Position numbers and translations under genes: made by a program. DNA of 64,000 bases, from the NCBI RefSeq assembly GCF_009914755.1, contig NC_060928.1. One strand, written 5' to 3'. Origin of the DNA: the human T2T-CHM13v2.0 reference genome, Homo sapiens. The notes under the pieces were generated by a model. The model saw only the letters and a program-made list of their open reading frames with translations, ran no database searches and had not been told where the DNA came from. Of this stretch, positions 26,916 through 39,724 are shown in pieces (the first letter of the stretch is position 1; each line of letters begins with the position of its first letter).

Positions 26916-29083
26916 TCGTCTCCCTCAAGGCAAGTAAAATCTGAGAGATGGAGATAGAAAATCCAGGAATGGCTACTGAATTAAGAAGGAGCAAGAAAGG
27001 ACAAAACAAGTGTTTTTAGGAAGGTGGCAACACCTCCGGTTGGTCTAAAGGATCTATGGGGAAGCAGCTGCAGACCCAGTTCACTGCTCCAGGGTCCTGC
27101 CACAGCCATAAGTCTAGAAATGACCCAGATCCTCAAACAGAGTTTTCCTGTGTCCCAGGAAGAGTTGCCCACTGGCCAGTTTCCTCACCTTCAGCTCATC
27201 AGGCAAAGCGGGGAAGAAGGCAGGTTGGAGTGCCTGGAAAGGACAGAGAGGAGGCATCCAGGTGGAGGGAGAAGAGATCCTTACAGGTAAAAGAGACGCA
27301 TGGTTGGGCTGGGTGCCAGAGTTGATTTCCCCTCCTCTCTCCACACTAGGAACTGGTAATTGTGCACACATGTCTTTGTGTGAAGGGCTCCCAAATTGAA
27401 GTGATAGTGACACCCTCAAACCCTGAAGAAGAGCATAGGGGAGTAACTACTGCACCCTTATCTCTGCCCCCAGCTGGGAGGCTGATGGATACTATTAAAC
27501 TGAGCCTCTGTAAGTGGCATTTGTGGTGGCAGGGGCGGGGCTGGGGGTTGGAGAGAGAAAGAAAGAGAAAGAGAAACAGAGAGAAGCAGACTGGGAAGTG
27601 CTTGCTGCTTTCCTTCTCAAAATAGTCCAGGTGGGAGGGGTGATAACTGAGAAATGCAAATGCATGATTTGGAGGATTTCATGGCTGTTGCCCAAGATAG
27701 TGCAGGGTGGGTGCCACCTGAAGACCAGGGCCTAAAACGCTCTTGGTTGCTACCTTAGATGCAAGAATTCAGACCTATGTCTCTAAATTAGAATAATTGC
27801 ATTAATGCAGTCTCCTCCCTCAGGCTCCTCTTTAGGTTTCTAACACAGCACTGGAAGAGAATTCAGGAATAAAAGATGTGAGCTCAAGTCTTTATCAGCT
27901 ATATGACCTTAGGAACTCCTCTTAACAACCTCTTTAGTCTAGATTGCTCATCAGCAACTTCACGGGGCCATTACTAAAAAACAAGCACCAGTGAAGCTGA
28001 AAGCATTTTGCACACTGTAGAATGTCACACGAATAGTGTTTATTTGTTACAACCAAGGTCTAGCCTTGGGAGGTCTAAAACACCACAGCCCAGTTTAACT
28101 GGATAGCAAGATCTTGCCCAAGCCCTCTGGCTTCCTTGTAACTAACTCTTGGGGTCCAGTGCAAAGTCCAGGAGGCCTTGGATGTCCTCTGTAGCATTCA
28201 CGGGGCTCTGCTAGGGAAAAGCCAATGAACTTACTCCCAAGAGGCCAACAGGTAGCTAACAGGGGGACCTTGAAAGTGCTGCCCCCTATGCGGGTGCTCT
28301 GCTAACAAGGCCCTCTCAGGCATGAGGCCCGGGAGGGAAGTGGTGGTGTTCCTGCAGCCAGGCAAGGCAGAGCGGAACATGCAACATCATTCAAGGAGGC
28401 CCTGAGTTCTTCTCTGCCAAGGAGAGGGCCTGGCCCTGCACTTGTTTTAGGAAATGGGGCTGTTCAGTTTTATACCTACCACTTTCCTCACTCGAGGATG
28501 CACACACAGTCAAACCTTAGGACCAACTAGAGAGACAGGACATCATCAGGCACCATCTTGACATCTCTGCTGGCCTCGGCAGGTAGGTTAGGGCACAGAC
28601 CAGCATTCCTCATCACCAGTCATGGCAACCGGCTTCACATGCACTCTCCTCTGTGTGAAAGTTCCTGTGTGCTTCTCTGAGAGCTTAACTCCCAGCAGTG
28701 GGGATCCTGACGCCCTGTGCTCCCGCCCTCAGCCTTCTTCAGTGGCCCCGGGTTCCTGAGATGCAAAATGCCCATGCACAGCCAACCCTGTGCCCTTGGT
28801 CCTTTCCTTCTGGGCACACTCACTGTGCTCCCTACACCTCCTTGTTGGCCATACCCCACCCAGCTGCTCCTTTGTGTTTTTCCTTCCTCTCCTACTAAAA
28901 CCTAGTATATGGAAAGAAGATGATGTCATTGATTATACTGAGACATAGATCTTATGTTCCTTTTCAGATTTCCTTGGCTGCAGCCTCCTACTCCTCTTCC
29001 TCCTCCGTCTCTTTCTCTTTTTGTTAGTGTCCCCACCTGTTCTGCTTTCCCTCTCCACTTTTTTTTTTTTCAGAAAAAGATAG

Positions 29084-29465
29084 TGCTATGGTTTGCATGT
29101 CCCCTCTAAAAATCATGTTGAAATTTAATTGCCATTATAACAGAATTAAGAGATAGGACTTTCAAGAGGTGATTAGGCCACCATGAGGGCTCTGCCCTCC
29201 TGAATGGCTTAGAGGGATGCCTTTATCGTGGGGGTGGATTAGTCATTGTGGGCGTGGGCTCCTGGTTACATGGTAACTTCAGCCCCTATTTTCTCTCTGT
29301 CTCGTGCGCTTGCTCACCATGTGATGCCTTCCACCCTCATCAGATGCCGACGCTGTGCTCTTGGTCTCCTCAGCCTCCAGAGCCGTGAGCCAAATAAACT
29401 TCTATTCTTTATAAGTTACCCCATCTGTGGTATTCTGTTATAGCAGCAGAAAATGGACTCAGACA
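29084..29465 (+). mobile_element. MaLR solo LTR, MST family
   Basis: tgctatggtttg...catgagggctctgccctc...gagccaaataaacttctattctttataagttaccc...gttatagcagcagaaaatggactcagaca; 5-bp TSD gatag/gatgg. Confidence 0.88.
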
Positions 29466-30999
29466 GATGGTAAGGCAGACTTTATTCAGGATGATCATGG
29501 TAGGTACAAGGACTACTTCGATGAGGTTTTGCAGTCGGAGAGAGAGATTGGGCTTCCTGCCCCGCCACTTTCGGAGCTGAATAAAACACCACCATGTAAG
29601 GTGTGGGATCTGGCTGCCTGAGACCAGGGACTGAATTACATAATCTGGAAGTATGGGGGAGTAGCTCCCTTTGGGAGGAAACTTGACAAATGAGAGAGGA
29701 GAGACAGGAGGGAGCCTGACAGATTCCTCTCCTTTCTCCCTCCTGTGCACTATTCTGGGAGATGAGGTGTGCTTCTCCTTGCAGTTATTCTGAAGAAGTC
29801 CCTCGTACCAAGTAAAGATATCTGCTAAGCCCCTAGCTGTCCTCCTGGCTAGTATGGCCCAGAGTGAAAGCGCCTCCTGTGGAATCACTTCTCACCTTGA
29901 CCTTCCTCACTTCCCTTTGACCTTTACCACCTGTCTCCTTGCCCAGTCCCTGCTTTTCTAGAGGACAATGGCCAAGACACCTGTTTAATTTTATTGAGAG
30001 ATCAAGCCCCACCCACTCTCTTACTTCTCCTCCAAGGTATTTAACACATCTCTAATTGTGGCCTTTATATTTGTTAATCATTAAAGGAAGCGAAGGAGGA
30101 AGAGGAGGCATGGGTTAGGGGAGGAGGAGAGACAGGAGTTTCCTCTCTTGCTCCTAAAAGCTCACTCCATTGGCCTTCATTTACCCTGAAGGGAAAATCT
30201 GCCATGCTTCTATCTACAGAGTTCCAAGCATTTTAGAAGCAGACAGGTTAGAATGCAGAAAAATGTCAGTGAGGTGGGATTTCCGGAGAATAGTTTGGCA
30301 AGCATTTTCCAGGCTGAGCATAGCTTGAAAAAGGCCCTTTTCTGTCTATCGACTAAAAACTTGCCCAGAAAGGAAAAATCATAGCAGGCATAGCTCAGGT
30401 ACTTCGAAGGACTTCTGTTCTCTCTCTCTTTTAAGACAACATAATCAATGAAAGGATTTGGAAAAAATGAACTATAGAGAGCATAAGGAGTCTTGAAGTG
30501 GGTTTTCATCTGCATCGCTTCTCTTGCAGAGGTTTACTTTTATTTGCCTTTCGAAAGCTGGGGCTGTTTCAATAGCAGCTTTCATCCCATCAGCCAGGCT
30601 GATGAGCACGGAGGTGGGCTGTCCTTTCGCCTCTCCTACTGAAGGAGCTGGAGTTCCACATGTGGTATATGCGTTTGCAACAGGCTGCTGGGAATCAGTG
30701 ATCAGCTTTCTGGTGGTATCTGGTAAATAAGAATGTCTCCAATGTGCAAATTGCAGAAATTGGCTTCTCCCACTCCTCTTTTGCCAGGAAATGAGGAACG
30801 CACAGAGGAGGAACACTGAAGGCCTGGGGAACATTCATTTTCATGTTACTGTATTACGGTGTTGTGTTTGGTGGGTTCAGGGGAGACAGCAGAGGGGGCC
30901 GGACTAGAAGGAATGGGCTGGAGGTTGACTTGGCCGAGTCCCATGGGTCAGAGAAGGCAATTTCAGCCACTAAAGAGCGAAAATGTCACAGGATCTCTA

Positions 31000-32350
31000 T
31001 CCACTTCCACATTTATGCAGACTGAAACCCCACATGCCCCAAACTGAATTCATCTTCTTCCCTCCAAAGCCTGTTCTTTTCTGCTGGCCCTTCTGTCTCC
31101 CAATTGCTCCAATGAGTGTAAGGAACTAAAGTCATCTTGACTCTCCCTCTTCCTTATCTCATTAATACATCTTACGAGTTTTATAAGATTATAGTATCTC
31201 TGGAATCATCTATCCTCCCACCTCCACTTCTCCATCTTAGTCCAAGCACCTGTCCCTTCTGGCCTGGATGACTGCAATGGCCGCATTCTTGTTGTCTCCC
31301 AATCCATTCCTCAGCCTGCAGGAAAGTTCACATTTTTTTAAGGCTAAAGATCATATTGTTATCCCTCTTGCTCTAAAGCTCTTGCATGTTTTCCACTGCC
31401 CTTTAAGTTTGGGCTCAAGTCTCAAAGTCCTTAACCATGATTTCCTAGGACTTCCTCAGTGCAGTCCTGCCCTTACCCACCCATCCCTGCTCTCCTCCAC
31501 TGCCTCCCTGCTCCTGGGTGCCTTCAGGCCTTTCACGTGCTCACACTCATCTCAGAGCCTCTGACTATGTGGTTCCCTCTGCCTGATATCAGGGTTCAGA
31601 ACATGATACCCCAGAGTATGGCTCCTTGGTATGCTGGGTACTTTGAACTGACAGAGATTACAAGGGCCTCGGAAACAAGGTCACTCTGACCTTCTCCTAT
31701 CCTGCTTTCTCCCTCAAACAAGGCACAGAAACTAGAATTCTTCATCTCAAAGCAAGTCATAAACCTAGGAAGGTCTTTGACCTTCTCCCTTCCCTGCTGA
31801 AAGCCCTCCTGTGACAGGTGTCCTGCCCCATACCTTGCGGGGAGGCATGTCTTACAGAGACACAGAAAAGACTCTGGACAAACAGGCCCTGCAGACCTCC
31901 ACTGCCCCTCAGTTCATTCCCATTAGATCAGACCCTTTTTTGTCCAATCGTATTTCTTCATAACCATGCACTTTTTTCTTCAGACCTTACATAAAAATGT
32001 AACTTTCTTTCGGTTTTTGGGTCTTCATTTCTGAAGACTTCATGTCACATAAAACTTTGTTAAGTAAGTTTGTTGTGCTTTCCTTGTGTTACACTCTTTC
32101 ATTATCAGAATTGTCAGTCATGATTGTATGACTGATGGATGAAGAAAAGGTATGACTTTTTCCCCCCTACCCTGGAACGGCCCTTCTTTGCTCTGTTCTC
32201 TTCCATAGCACCAAGCCTGGTGTCATTTATTTACCTATGTTTTTGTGTTTCTCACTTGACTCAGCTCCATGGGGGAAGGCACTATGTCTGTTTTGGTTCC
32301 CACTCCATCCCTAGCAGGCAACACAATGCCTAGCACCTATTAGATGCTGT
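31000..32350 (+). mobile_element. L2 3' region interrupted by a MER34-like LTR
   Basis: catgccccaaactgaattcatc...aagtcatcttgactctccct...ggttccctctgcctg [LTR] gaacggccctt...cacaatgcctagcac. Confidence 0.75.
31587..32171 (+). mobile_element. ERV1 solo LTR, MER34-like
   Basis: cagggttcagaacatgataccccagagtatggc...gtactttgaactg...ctctgaccttctcc...tttttcccccctac; approximate 4-bp TSD ctga/ctgg. Confidence 0.78.
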
Positions 32351-33058
32351 CTCTATAGATATAGATATAGATTATATGTAGATTATACATAGAATATTTA
32401 TAGAATTAATGAGATTATGGTAAAACTGCTTTGGAATTATAAAGGCTATACAATACCGGTAATTTCTATTTCTGCCTTCCACCTCAGAAAAGGCAGGATA
32501 GATATTCTATTATCATTTAAACTTGAGTGGAACTTATTTATATCTGTGTGTTGAGGCTTCCAGGTATTTGCATCTTAAACTTTTTATTTATACCTGCAGA
32601 ATGAAGGGATTTGTGCCTCTTTAAAGGAATTTCAGGCAATAGCCAGCAGGTGGGTTCATTAAGGAAGGAACAGAACACTTTCATAACTATTTTATTTCTT
32701 TTTTTACAGTTTGGAAACTGAAAAACGAAGAGACAAGCAGCTGTGGGCAAAGGAAGTAGGTGGGGTGGTAGGCACGGGCTTTGGATAAGTTGCCTAGCCC
32801 CCTTAGGAGTGCTCTCCTCACCTCCATTCCCACCTGCAGGGGAGGAGGAGCTGCCAGCCTGCTGGGAAGGCTGCTTGGTGGAGTAGGAGGGGCCAGGGCT
32901 ACTGGCAGACATCCTGAGTTCAAACCCGCTATTGACCCTGGGATTTTGAGTAGTCACTAATTTCTGCCTCAGTTTCCTTATTCGTAAAACAAAGCTGTAA
33001 TCCCTGATCTCACAGGATTATTGTGAAGATTAAAGAGATAATGTATCAGAAAACTCTT

Positions 33059-33342
33059 GGCCAGATGCAGTGACTCATCCCCATAATCCCAGCACTTTGA
33101 GAGGCTGAGGTAGGCAGATAGCTTGATCCCAGGAGTTCCTGACCAGCCTGGGCAACATGGTGAAACCCTGTCTCTACAAAAAATACAAAAATTAGCCAGT
33201 CACGGTGACACGCATCTGTAGTCCCAGCTACTCAGGAGGCTGAGGTGGGAGTACCACCTGAGCCTGGGAGGTCGAGGCTGCAATAAGATTGTGGCACTGC
33301 ATTCCAGCCTGGGTGACAGAGTAGGATTCTGTCTAAAAAAAA
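33059..33342 (+). mobile_element. Alu, AluJ family
   Basis: gatagcttgatcccaggagttc and cctgagcctgggaggtcgaggctgca are AluJ diagnostics; preceded by a MIR fragment at ~32910-33050. Confidence 0.93.
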
Positions 33343-33442
33343 GAGAGACAGAGAGAGAGAGGGAAGAAAGGAAAGGAAAAAGGAAAGGAAAGGAAAGGAA
33401 AGGAAAGGAAAGGAAAGGAAAGGAAAGGAAAGGAAAGGAAAG
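33343..33442 (+). repeat. (GA)n plus (AAAGG)n pentanucleotide repeat in the Alu tail
   Basis: Twelve perfect AGGAA units at 33381-33440. Confidence 0.95.
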
Positions 33443-36099
33443 CCTTCATAAACTGCAAATATAAATTAAAGGTGGTATGATTACGCCACTAAACCAATCT
33501 TCCCAAATACAAAAATTAAGTCTGACTTTCCTTCACCATGCCCTGCCCCCACCACTGTAACTCCATGGACATGATCGTGTGTCAAGACCAACACTGAGTA
33601 TCTGCATTTCTCCCAGTTCCAGTGGTCTGTAAACTCATAGGACGGGTCTTAGCCATTTGATGTCCCTAGAAACCTGTAGTGTCAGATGCTCAATATGCCT
33701 TGAATAAACATTGAGTGAATAAATGTAAGGTGGGAAGCATGGAGGAGGTCAGTCTGAAGGAAAAGGTGAAAAGGTAAGAGTGGGCTAGATCTCTAGAAAA
33801 TTTTACATGCTCTTGGAAATCAGGAAGAACAATTAGAGGCACTGGATTAACTGGAGTGCACCTCCTTAAGTCTTTTGGCTCAAATGTCAACAACCAGAAT
33901 TCACTTGGAGTAGAGTGAGCTTCAGGGATGCTTAATTTAGCAAGGCTGAATTCAGCTTTGGTGGTCTTTCCTTAGTGGCAGGGAAGGGGTGCCCTGCTGA
34001 GCTGCAGGGAGCAGTGATATATTAGGAATATCTAGATTTGGGAACCTTTCAAAAGATGCATGTCCTTGTCTTACACCCAAACAAAGCTGATAGAGCCAAA
34101 ATTCAAAGAAACAGTTCTTCCTAGTCCCTGGAAAAAAATGAAACATCTATCCATCTATTAAAAATTTGCTAGGTTCCTGCTGTGTGCTGTACTAGGTGCT
34201 GGAGTGCCATAAAAGGAATCACACTCGAGGCTGATCACAAGACTTCTTTTCCACTTGGAAGAAGCTCATGGGAGCCAGCACTGATGCAGGTCCAGGCCTG
34301 GGGAAAGCATATGCCCCCAAGACCCATCAAGCTTGTCCCTGCCATCTCTCTCCATCATTCTAGCTTCGCCCTAGCTTGTGGGTACCACGGGTACCTATTT
34401 CCAGGAACCCAGGGAATTCCTTTTGACCTTGCTGGGAAACTGCAAATCACCCAACAGGAGCTTAGCTGTGCAGCCAACATTTGGAACTACTCAATAGCTT
34501 TCTGGAGTCAACAAATAAGGAAATAATTTCTTTAGGATAAAAAAATGTTTTGTTTTAGTAAAGGGTAATGGCACTCCATTGCGAATGGAAACTGTTCTCC
34601 CCTTGGTTTAAGTGGAGCCCATTTGTCAGCACTGCTTGAGGCCTGCGAAGTGACCATCTAGGTATTTTTCTCAAGTGAAGAATGATCTGAGGACATCTTC
34701 GCCACTGGGTCCCTCTTACTCATGTGACTTCCAAGTTTTCTGGTGGTAAAGTTGGAGGCAGAGAGAGCATGCCCCTGAATTGGACAGTAGAGTGTCCTTC
34801 AGCTGATAGAAGATCACTTCAGGGCAGGTGGAGCAGCCACAGAAGAAAATGGTAATTACTCAACTGCTCGTGCGCCTCATTTTGAATCTATCCTGCTCTT
34901 CAGCTCTTTCTGCACATAAAGGAAGAGGCTCCTTGTCATTTGAAAAGATTGCACCAAAGTGGCAGTGTTGACAGAGCCTTCCCTGTCAAAGCCACTTTCT
35001 CAATACATTTAATTAGCAAGGGCTTCCAAGGGCCCCCTGCCAGCCCAACACAGGCCTGGATGACACCTGAGTGAGGTTGCCACAGTCCCAGCCAAACCCC
35101 TTCAAGCTCCATTTTTAGATGTACTACAACCAGCTAGCTTTCAGCAAGTTCCCCTCCCGCCCCTTTGCCCAATGCTGGTCAGCTGGGCAGCTTGACTGTG
35201 AAGCCTTTCTTTCCAGGCCATGGGGAAAGAACCAAAGGAAGCTGCTTTCTCTCATGCATACAGTATTTTTGAACAAAGAGGCCTGTATGCATTGCAACAA
35301 CAGCGTCTCTAGATCCTGAGCGTGGGCCCCGCTTGGCAGAGGGTCAGCAGCATGGTGGAGGGCATGCATTGGAATACAGATTGCCACCAAGCCTTTGGGG
35401 CCATGCCCATCATGTGGCTGGGCCTGGCTCTGGCAGCCCGACATTCAGCTGCCAACAGCTTGCAGGCCTGTTTGCTGCATGGCCAGCATCCTGTTTGGTG
35501 ATTTGATGAGAGTCCCAGGCTCTCTTTGCATATCAGAACACTGGTCTCCGTGCACCTCGCGTGGGATGACTGTATCTGGACAACTGAGATGTTCCTTGCC
35601 ATTGATTAAATGCTTAGCAAGCTCAGAAAATACAGCTGGAAACTCCTTGGAGCCCTCCGCCTACTGCTCTTCATCCACAGCCTCTCCCTGCAAAGCGGGG
35701 CTTTATTATTCTTGGAGAGAGGCAGCTATCTGTTACAGGGTACTGTCTTGCAATAGGGCTGAAATACTTCAGATTTGGAAAAAGATAAGAAATATTGAAT
35801 GGCCCCTCCCTTTATTTTCTAAACAGTTACCACCCCTACAATCATAACTAGTGATGTCACTGTGGGACCAGTGTAGCTGAAATGCATACTTGCCCTTTTA
35901 ACTCAGCTTTAATGCTTTTGTACAAGCTATTTGCAAAGTTACATACTCTTTAGTGTGAAAATTGGCTGTTTACTTGTATCTCACACACAGCAAAATCGAA
36001 AGCAGGACAAGTGTGTTGCTTTTCTACGACATCCGTGCATCCTTCATGCTCTCTCGGTGCTCATATCCAGTGACCTCTCCCTCTTCTCCCCATTCATCA

Positions 36100-38402
36100 G
36101 GCTCTGCCTGCCCTCTCTCTCTTTATTCTGGACTCAGTGGCTCATCCAGTCTCACCAGACACTCACAAAGCAAAATTCCAACCTGTCAACCTTTGTCTTG
36201 CTCCGTCTCTGAGACTGAGTACTCCCGGGGAAATGGACTCTACTGCATAGGCCAGGCCACTACAAGTTCATGGCCCCTGACCTCTGCTGGGCTTCAGGGC
36301 TGCCCATCTCCCCAGCTGTCCTGGAAGAGCTTCCTCTCCTCTGCCCCTAGGTGACCATTCCAAGCATTCTAGCACTCTCCCCAAAGCTCCTACTCAACCT
36401 TCTGTCTCATACTTAGCACATAAACCTGTCTCCAACATCAAGGCCATCAGGCCCAATGTCCCTCAACTTTCTACCTCCTTCCTACAAACACCTCTGCACC
36501 TACCCCATCCTCACCTTCAGTCTCTGAGGTGTGTTCCTCTTTCTTTCGTGTCCTTTGCTCTATCCTTTGATGTCTACTACAGACTTTGATAGTCATTTTT
36601 TAAAATTGCTTTAATCTCCCTTGACTATACTTGAGTTTTGTGCCCCGTATCTCCCTTTCGCTGTTGCTCAGCTTCCCTCCTCCCATTCTCTTCCAAACTT
36701 CCTGCTGCCTACACGTCCGTTCGCCCTTCAGCTCTCTGGAATCTGGCTTCTGTTCCCACCCACCATACTCCTAAAACTGCTGTCACTGAGGTGACCACCA
36801 ACTTCCCTGATAACAAATTGAATAGACTCGTTTCAATCCTTTCCTGACTAAGACTTTCTGTGGCATTTGAAAACATGGTTTTCCTTCTTTGAAGCTTCCT
36901 GAGCCCTGAACTTCCATATGCTATGTTCTCGATTCTGCACTGCCTGTCTGCAGGGGCCCGTCTTCCCGGCCCGCGCCTGCTGCGTGCCTATTGGTGTTCC
37001 CCAGGATTCTCTTCTAACTCACTGTTCCTCTTGTGCTGCCACACACACTCCCTGGAGAAGCTCATCCTCTCTCGTGGGACATGCAAATTACTCTCAAATC
37101 CCTGTCTCCAATGGAACTCTTTGCCCTAGCTTTTCCCATAGGCAACACAAAGCCAGCACTCCCAAAATGGCAGTGGGAGCACAGTCATTTTCCTGTTAAA
37201 CTGCCCACTCTCCCCACCTTGCTAAACGGCACTGTGGCCCCCTGCAGGGGTGGGGGTGCTGCTACCGCACTACCCGCTCGCTACACGCATCCACTCAATT
37301 GCCATGTCCTCCCAAATCTCTCTCCTAAGTATCTCCTAAAGGTCTCCCTCTCTCCCTGTTATCTTACCTCCATCCACAGCTGCCTGGATGTTTGCCTTGT
37401 TTGCAGGCCTTACCATCTTCTTCCTAGCTGCTGGAGTGACCCCTCTGAACAATGAAACTGGTCTTGCCAAGTCCCTGCTTCAAACCTTTTCATCGTCCCT
37501 CTACCACCTCCTTAAGTCTGGACTCTATGCAGATCGTGGGAGGTCTTCTGGGGCCAGAGCTGCTGCTCCTTCTCCGCAGCCTTGTGCTTTCTGCACCTGC
37601 AGTGCCAAATCACCGGTGCTGGCTCTGGTTTTCCCCTCAGCGCAAAGTGGCTTGTCCTCCTCCTCCCTGCCCACTCATCTCTTCACTTGGTGGAACCTTA
37701 TTCATCCTTAACACCAGGTAAGTTGTACCCTCTTCATCACTCCTCCCTGACCATCTTGTAAATGCTCCTATAATGCCCTGAGCCTATCCCCTATGTTATG
37801 GATTGAATTCTGTTTCCAAAATTAGTGTATTGAAGTCCTAACCTCAGAACCTCAGACTGACCTTATTTGGAAATAGAATCATTGCAGATGCAATTAGTTA
37901 AGATGAGGTCCTATTGCAGTAGAGTGGGCCCTAATCCAATATGACTAGTGTTCTTATAAAAAGGAGAAATTAGGACACAGACCCACACAGACCTACAAAA
38001 GCACCATGGGAAGATAAAGCCAGAGGAGGGATAATGCTTCCACAAGCCAAGGAACACCAGAGATGACCCACAAACCTCCAGAAGTTGTGGGGGGCCTGGA
38101 ACAGAGCCTTCCCTGGCAGCTCTTAAAAGGAAGCTCTGGCCTCCAGAAATGGGAGACAATACACTTCTATTGTGAAGCCACCAGCATGTGGTACTCTGTG
38201 ACAGCAGCCCTAGGAAACAGACACACCCATCATTGTGGTTTGTGTTTTATTGTAATGACCTGCCTGTCCATGTTCACCACTCCCCAGTGTGAACTTCCTA
38301 AAGGCAGAAAAGGTGTCTTATTTATCCTTGTAGCTCTAGTGCCCAAAATAATGTGCAAAGCATGAAAAAACTCAATAAGTGTTTGATGAATGAATTAATG
38401 AA
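36100..38402 (+). mobile_element. Long degraded L2 interrupted by MLT1C
   Basis: tctggcttctgttcccaccac...aaactgctgtcactgaggtgacca...ctcaaatccctgtctcca...ctagtgcccaaaataatgtgc...ctcaataagtgtttgatgaatgaat; 5' boundary uncertain. Confidence 0.7.
37794..38225 (+). mobile_element. MaLR solo LTR, MLT1C-like
   Basis: tgttatggattgaatt...ccttatttggaaatag...ttagttaagatgaggtc...gggccctaatccaatatgactagtgttcttataaaaagg...acagcagccctaggaaac. Confidence 0.88.
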
Positions 38403-39459
38403 AGCACAACATCCCCAGAAAGTCAGACAAACCACAGACTAAGAAGTGTAACTGATTTGCTGTACCTCAGCACCCTACTTTCTTTGTTGAATCTGTCCAT
38501 ATCTTCCTGTCCTTTATGGGTGAGTGTGCTGGTTATTCTCCGCTTGTCCTTCCAGAGGAATTTTCTGCTTATTTTCTGGCTATGGCTATTGTCTTCTGGG
38601 AAGCCATTTTGTAAGGTTCCAAATCTTGGTAGGTTCTGGTCACCCTGCTCTGTCCCTTTGTCCCTTCAGGCCTAAGGATGGCTAGGACACCTCACTGTTG
38701 CTAGTCCCAGGGGCTTCACTCCTTGGTGTCCTCTTATTTCTGCCCACTCCTCTGCAAACAGTTTCTTCATTCAATGCTGGTGAGCCATCTGTTTCCTGCT
38801 GGGACCCTGAGGAATACAGTTGGTAGGCAGGTGGGTGGGGACAGAGGTTCAAAAATAATCACATTTTAAAAAATGATCTTCTAAATCCCATTGCTTAATT
38901 CTCTTCCACTTCTGTTTTTAAAGCACCACATACCTAGCATTTTTACATAAAGCCTGCTATTTGACCTATGCATTTGCTATGCATTTGACTAAACATAGAA
39001 AATGTTTCATTTAATTTGACATTTTGTTGAACACCTGTGATGGGCCAGGCACAGTGATGGGGATTGAGGATCCAAAGAGGAAAAGATCCCATGTCTGCTA
39101 AAAAAGACTCAGAATCCAGTAGGGAGACAGACACGCCACCAACAGAGCACAGGGTTTATGGGAGCAGTGTGGAGGATGCTGTGCCGGCCTTGGGGTGGGT
39201 CCCACAGATGAACACTGAAATGTGGTTTATCTCCTCCCCAATCTAGACATCTTGGAGCTACACTGGTCCTTCTACTTTTATTGTTTTTCACAGATCATCT
39301 TCACATTTTTTCATCAAAGAGATGGCCTTCTGTCAACCAAATGCTCATAGAATGCTCATTTAAGATGTTTTTGGGTCAAACTTTCACCTTATATTTTCTC
39401 TTTTCCCAACATGATAGGTCTCTTATGTTGGAGAAGACTTTATATGATCACTTGGACCA

Positions 39460-39646
39460 GTAATTGCCAATTCTGGATGGTCACCAGAGGGTTCTTTAAA
39501 AACAGTAAGTCCTGAGCCTTGTTACCATTCTACCGAATCAAACCCCGGGGGGAGGGGGGAGCTGGGGAGAAGGAGATCTAGGGGGTCAGGGTTTTTTTCA
39601 AGACCCTGTGATGATTCTGATGTTCAGTCTGGCTGGGAACCATTGG
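39460..39646. mobile_element. MER5A-like MITE
   Basis: tcaccagagggttctttaaaaa...ctaccgaatcaaacc...tgatgattctgatgttcagtctggctgggaaccattg. Confidence 0.65.
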
Positions 39647-39724
39647 TCTGGGTTAGCTCCTTTTTACAGCAATTATAATTTAGGACAGGGTTTTTTTTTT
39701 CCTAAGAGTGGTTCCTTGGCACCT

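Noticed and set aside
30553-30583. Short hairpin GAAAGCTG...CAGCTTTC
   Set aside because: An 8-bp stem of this kind is expected by chance in 64 kb.
33381-33440. EWS-FLI1 GGAA microsatellite
   Set aside because: The repeat unit is the pentamer GGAAA, not tandem GGAA.
34960-34968. miR-34/449 family gene
   Set aside because: Only the first 9 nt match; the rest of the mature sequence and the hairpin length do not fit.
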